A stretch of 64,000 nt of DNA from Corallococcus sp. AS-1-6 (GTDB lineage Bacteria > Myxococcota > Myxococcia > Myxococcales > Myxococcaceae). Location: contig NZ_JAIQDE010000007.1 in NCBI RefSeq assembly GCF_020037015.1, positions 115,886 to 179,885 on the forward strand, in the 5' to 3' direction. The notes under the pieces are model-generated. The model ran no database searches. It was not told the origin of the DNA and worked only from the letters and a program-made list of their open reading frames with translations. The stretch's first letter is position 1. Every line of letters starts with the position of its first letter. This document shows positions 60,506-64,000 of the stretch, in pieces. Both the position numbers and the translations under genes were made by a program.

Positions 60506-61923
60506 ACGCTCTATCCGAGGAGGCCTCCCCGTCCGCCGCGACCGAGCGGTGGATGGAGTGGGTGCGGTCGCGTGCGCGCGCGGGCGCGGTGGTGAGCCTG
60601 GTGGGCGCGTCGCCAGCGCTGGCGGAGGCCCTGCGGGCCCGGGGCCTCTCCGTGCGGGCGCTGCCGGGGCCGGAGTGGAAGCGGGGCAAGGGGCCCGCGC
60701 CGTCGCTGGTGGTGCTGGAGGGCGACGCGGTCGAGCGGGTGCTGGAGGAGGGGCTGGAGGCGCTGCGGCGCGAGGCGCCGGGGGCGGAGCTGGTGTTCGG
60801 CCTGCGCAACGCGGGCTCGGCGCGGGCGTTGATGGGCGCGCTGACGGGCGAGGCGCCGGTGCGCGCGGGGCTCTCCGAGCAGCGGATGTTGCGGCGGCTG
60901 GCCGAGGCGGGCTACCGCGTGGCGCACCGCGAGGTGGTGCCGTGCGCGTCCGGAGGCACGGCGCTGGCGGAGGACACCGCGCAGGCGCTGCGGGCGGTGC
61001 TGGCCCAGGTGTCGCCGTCCACGCAGGTGGAGGAGGGGCTCTACGTCGCGGTGCCGGACGAGCCCGGGCGCGCGCTGGTGGCGGGGCTGCTCAGCGTCGT
61101 CGTCACGGTGGATCCGGGGGCGCGGGACGCGGCGCTCGACGAGGCGCTCTTCGCGCTGGCCTGTCAGGAGCAGCAGCCGTTGGAGTTGCTGCTCGCGGCG
61201 CCCGAGGGCGTGGACCTGTCCGCGGCGGAGGCGGCGCTGGAGCGCTACGGCAGGCTGGGGTCGTTCCAGGCGCGCGTCGTGCGTGCGTCCTCGGGGGCCC
61301 TGTACGCGGAGGCCGTGCGCGAGGCGCGGGGACGGTACCTGTCATTCGTGGACGCGCGGTGCCTGGTGTATCCGCGTCACTACGTGGAGCTGGTGCGCGC
61401 GCTCCAGACGGGCCGCGAGGCCTGGGCGGTGGCGCGGGCGTTCCGCACCGAGTGGGCGTCCAGTGAGGGAACTCCGCCCTACGTGCGCGCGAAGGTGCCA
61501 TTCCCGCTGGGTGAGCGGCTGGAGGTGGAGCACCTGGTGCAGCATCCGGAGCTCGTCCACGCGATGGTGATCGACCGGGGTCGCATCGGTCCCTTCGCGG
61601 TGGCGACGGAGTCGGGGCTCGGGGAGCTGCCCGCGCGGCTGGGGGCGTTGTTTCCGCCGGTGTTCCTGGGCGGCATCGCCTCATGCGAGGTGCGAGGGCC
61701 GCGCGAACCGCCGGCGGCCGCGATGGCTCCGGGTACCTGGTTGCTGCGCCCCCTGGATGCATGGGTGGAGGCCGTGGCGCGGATCCGCGACGAGACGCTC
61801 CAGGCCCGGGAGTTCCGCCACAGGATGGTGGACGCGCTGAACGCGCGAGTCCACGGCATCCCCTGGGTTCACAGCACGCTCAAGACCCTGGCGAACCGGC
61901 TCAAGTCCGGCAACGAGCGCTGA
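60502..61923 (+). CDS. hypothetical two-domain protein, C-terminal GT2-like (polysaccharide biosynthesis)
   Basis: GTGA overlap with upstream GT2 stop; consistent GC3 bias; ...RYLSFVDARCLVYP... resembles GT2 DxD region; upstream part of ORF 59605 is out-of-frame overlap. Confidence 0.45.
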   Translation: MNALSEEASPSAATERWMEWVRSRARAGAVVSLVGASPALAEALRARGLSVRALPGPEWKRGKGPAPSLVVLEGDAVERVLEEGLEALRREAPGAELVFGLRNAGSARALMGALTGEAPVRAGLSEQRMLRRLAEAGYRVAHREVVPCASGGTALAEDTAQALRAVLAQVSPSTQVEEGLYVAVPDEPGRALVAGLLSVVVTVDPGARDAALDEALFALACQEQQPLELLLAAPEGVDLSAAEAALERYGRLGSFQARVVRASSGALYAEAVREARGRYLSFVDARCLVYPRHYVELVRALQTGREAWAVARAFRTEWASSEGTPPYVRAKVPFPLGERLEVEHLVQHPELVHAMVIDRGRIGPFAVATESGLGELPARLGALFPPVFLGGIASCEVRGPREPPAAAMAPGTWLLRPLDAWVEAVARIRDETLQAREFRHRMVDALNARVHGIPWVHSTLKTLANRLKSGNER

Positions 61924-61927
61924 GCCG

Positions 61928-64000
61928 ATGGGCACCGCCGACAGCGAGGGCCCACGCAACCCGCGAGGGACGTCAGGCGTCGGGGGCGCGACGTTGGACC
62001 CGACCAATCCAAAGGCATCCTCTGCTTCGTCCGGAGCTGCCGGTGGCCGGGCGGGTCCGCCGCACGATGTCTTCGTCGAGGTGCTGGGCTTCGACGTGCC
62101 TCGGTCGCACCGCGCGCGCTGGGGCCCGATCATCACCGCCGCCAAGCGCTGGGGCACGCGGGGGCTTTCTCCCTTGCAGCGGTGGGTGCTGGACCGCCAA
62201 CTGCGCTTTGACCTGCGGCTGAGAGCGTTGATCCGGGCGCCGGACCACACGCTTTCGGAGCGAGCCCGTGAGGAACTGTCGCGACTCGCGGATCCGCGTC
62301 CCGGGGGCGCGGTGGGCCGGTGGCTTCCCTCCGTGCCGGGGCTGGAGGCGCAGCGGGCCTGGAACCTCGCGGTCGTGGCCCTGCTCTCCAATGCCGGGTG
62401 GCCCCTTCGGACCGAGGGCGCCGCCGAGGCGCTGGACGCACTGGAAGCCCGCTGCGACGTGCTGTCTCAAGAGGCCCGAGCCGTGGGTCTTCCCCTGTGG
62501 CGCGAGCTGTGGCGCCGGCAGGTCGCCTTCAATCACGCGACCGTGCGCCTGTTGCGGCACCTCCTGGGCGCGGCCCGTCCTGTCGTGCTGTTGCCCGCGC
62601 CGGAGTCGTACACGCGCGAGGCCCTGGCGCAGGAAGCCCGTGAGGTCCGCGACGCGACCGCCGCGCTGGCCCGGCTGGCGCACCGGCCTCGGATCAGCCT
62701 CGTCACTCCTGCCTGGGAGACGCCGGTGGACGTCCTCCGCGCGTGCGTCGCGTCCGTGCGCGCTCAGGAGTATCCGCACTGGGAGCTGTGCATCGTGGAC
62801 GACGGCTCGCGCTCGGCGGCGGTCGCGGACGTGCTGCGTGAGGCCGCGGCCGGCGACGCGCGGATCCGCTTCGAGCGGCTGGAGTCGAACCAGGGCATCG
62901 CCCGCGCGACCAACGCGGCGCTGGCACTGGCCACCGGCGAGTACGTGGGCTTCCTCGACCATGACGACCTGCTCGCGCCGCACGCGCTGGCCGAGGTCGC
63001 GCTGCGGCTTGGGGAGACTCCGGACGCGGATGTCGTCTACTCGGACGAGGACAAGGTGGACGCGCGGGGGCTGCGCTTCGCGCCCTACCTGAAGCCCGCG
63101 CTGTCCCCGGAGCTGCTGCGCGCGGTGAACTACGTGTGCCACTTCCTCGTGGTGCGCGCATCGCTGCTGCGCGAGGTGGGAGGCATCCGCCCGGGCTTCG
63201 AGGGCGCGCAGGACCATGACCTGCTCCTGCGCCTGATGGAGCGCACTCCGCGCTTCGAACACATCCCCCGCGTGCTCTACCACTGGCGGACGCTGCCCGG
63301 CTCCACGGCCACGGACGCCAGCGCGAAGCCCGCGGCCTCCGAAGCGGGCCGCAGGGCCGTGGCGGAGCACCTGGCGCGCATGGGGGAGGGCGGCTCGGCG
63401 GAGACGGTCGCGCCAGGGCTGTACCGCATCCGCCACCCGCTCGTGGGCCGCCCGCGGGTGTCCGTGCTGCTCTCGGAATCACCCACCGACTCCGAGCTCG
63501 CGGCGCTCCTCGCCTTCACGGATGACCTGGACGTGGAGGTCCGCGTCCCTGTTCCGTCTCCCGGCGCCGCCTCCACCAGCAACGTCATCCCCGTCGAAGT
63601 GGACGCGGCCTTGACCCCGGGCGCCGTGGCGAACCGGCTGCTGCGCGAGGCCCGGGGCGAGCTCATCCTCGTCCTGGAGGCCGGCACGCTCCCGACCGGA
63701 CCGGGGTGGCTGAGGGAGCTCGCGTCACAGGCCTCGCGCCCCGGCGTCGGCGTGGTGGGCGCGCGCATCGTCTCTCCCGGAGGACAGGTGCTGGAGGCCG
63801 GCCTGCGCTTCGACGCCGAGGGCCGGGTGCTGCGCCCCTTCGCGGGGCAGTTCGATCCCACGCTCGGCGCGTTCGGCGGCTCGCATTGGCCCCGGGACGT
63901 GCGCGCCGTCTCCAGCGCCTGCGCGATGATCCGCCGCGAGGTCCTGGAGTCACTCGGTGGTTGGGACGCGGCCTTCACGTCCGACGAGGCCCGGGGCGTG
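61928..64000 (+). CDS. large multidomain family 2 glycosyltransferase (3' end beyond window)
   Basis: Open frame (frame 2) from ATG 61928 to window end with no stop, not on ORF track because unterminated; two GT2-A domains: ...ISLVTPAWETP...QEYPHWELCIVDDGS...GEYVGFLDHDD... and ...PRVSVLLSE... Confidence 0.6.
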   Translation, partial: MGTADSEGPRNPRGTSGVGGATLDPTNPKASSASSGAAGGRAGPPHDVFVEVLGFDVPRSHRARWGPIITAAKRWGTRGLSPLQRWVLDRQLRFDLRLRALIRAPDHTLSERAREELSRLADPRPGGAVGRWLPSVPGLEAQRAWNLAVVALLSNAGWPLRTEGAAEALDALEARCDVLSQEARAVGLPLWRELWRRQVAFNHATVRLLRHLLGAARPVVLLPAPESYTREALAQEAREVRDATAALARLAHRPRISLVTPAWETPVDVLRACVASVRAQEYPHWELCIVDDGSRSAAVADVLREAAAGDARIRFERLESNQGIARATNAALALATGEYVGFLDHDDLLAPHALAEVALRLGETPDADVVYSDEDKVDARGLRFAPYLKPALSPELLRAVNYVCHFLVVRASLLREVGGIRPGFEGAQDHDLLLRLMERTPRFEHIPRVLYHWRTLPGSTATDASAKPAASEAGRRAVAEHLARMGEGGSAETVAPGLYRIRHPLVGRPRVSVLLSESPTDSELAALLAFTDDLDVEVRVPVPSPGAASTSNVIPVEVDAALTPGAVANRLLREARGELILVLEAGTLPTGPGWLRELASQASRPGVGVVGARIVSPGGQVLEAGLRFDAEGRVLRPFAGQFDPTLGAFGGSHWPRDVRAVSSACAMIRREVLESLGGWDAAFTSDEARGV

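Noticed and set aside
62268-63092. 274-aa plus-strand ORF (and 61973..63436 minus ORF)
   Set aside because: Wrong frames inside the large glycosyltransferase gene; Arg/Trp/Cys-rich junk, whereas frame 2 encodes clear GT2 motifs (CIVDDGS, FLDHDD)

Overview
This is a high-GC (about 70%) Myxococcales-type chromosomal segment. Gene order and content resemble the Myxococcus xanthus bacNOP-padC-pyrE and wzm-wzt O-antigen neighbourhood; this is stated from memory, with no search run. The sequence is densely coding; I support about 57 CDSs, two tandem tRNA-Gly(GCC) genes and one intrinsic terminator. Because of GC bias, many long ORFs on the track are antisense artefacts or spurious N-terminal Arg/Gly/Pro-rich extensions; true starts were re-placed by domain logic and are listed below.

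Content by region:
- 0-9.2 kb: LuxR/PAS regulator, DUF72 protein, Smr-domain protein, SNF2 helicase, MoxR-DUF58 pair and a zinc-ribbon membrane protein.
- 9.3-19.1 kb: HEAT-repeat/cyclophilin lipoprotein, HD-GYP response regulator, DapB-like reductase, HadA/HadB-like dehydratase pair, large acyl-CoA dehydrogenase, ExbB/ExbD pair and a lipoprotein.
- 19.2-23.4 kb: an operon of two standalone T2SSE_N (MshEN-like) domain proteins fused by overlapping codons to an orphan OppD/OppF ATPase pair and a DUF2085 membrane protein.
- 23.5-33.5 kb: an ECF sigma/anti-sigma pair directly upstream of a Tad/Flp-like pilus module, which consists of a Flp/TadE-type prepilin, CpaB, TadB, TadC and two FHA-domain membrane proteins. 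No ATPase, secretin or prepilin peptidase is present in the window. This resembles the split myxobacterial 'Kil'-type Tad apparatus and is the most interesting system here.
- 33.5-39.5 kb: xseA-xseB-(CheY)-ispA-dxs-tlyA.
- 39.5-46.7 kb: a lipoprotein, a hybrid histidine kinase with a degenerate GGDEF domain, a TPR protein and an alpha/beta hydrolase.
- 46.8-57.2 kb: three bactofilins (bacN/O/P), ParB-like padC, pyrE, LOG-rhomboid-nadB on the opposite strand, a lytic transglycosylase, a TPR/AIM24-like protein and pgsA.
- 57.2-64 kb: two tRNA-Gly with a terminator, then an ABC-transporter-dependent polysaccharide (O-antigen-like) cluster wzm-wzt-GT2-GT-like, followed by a large multidomain glycosyltransferase that runs off the window end.
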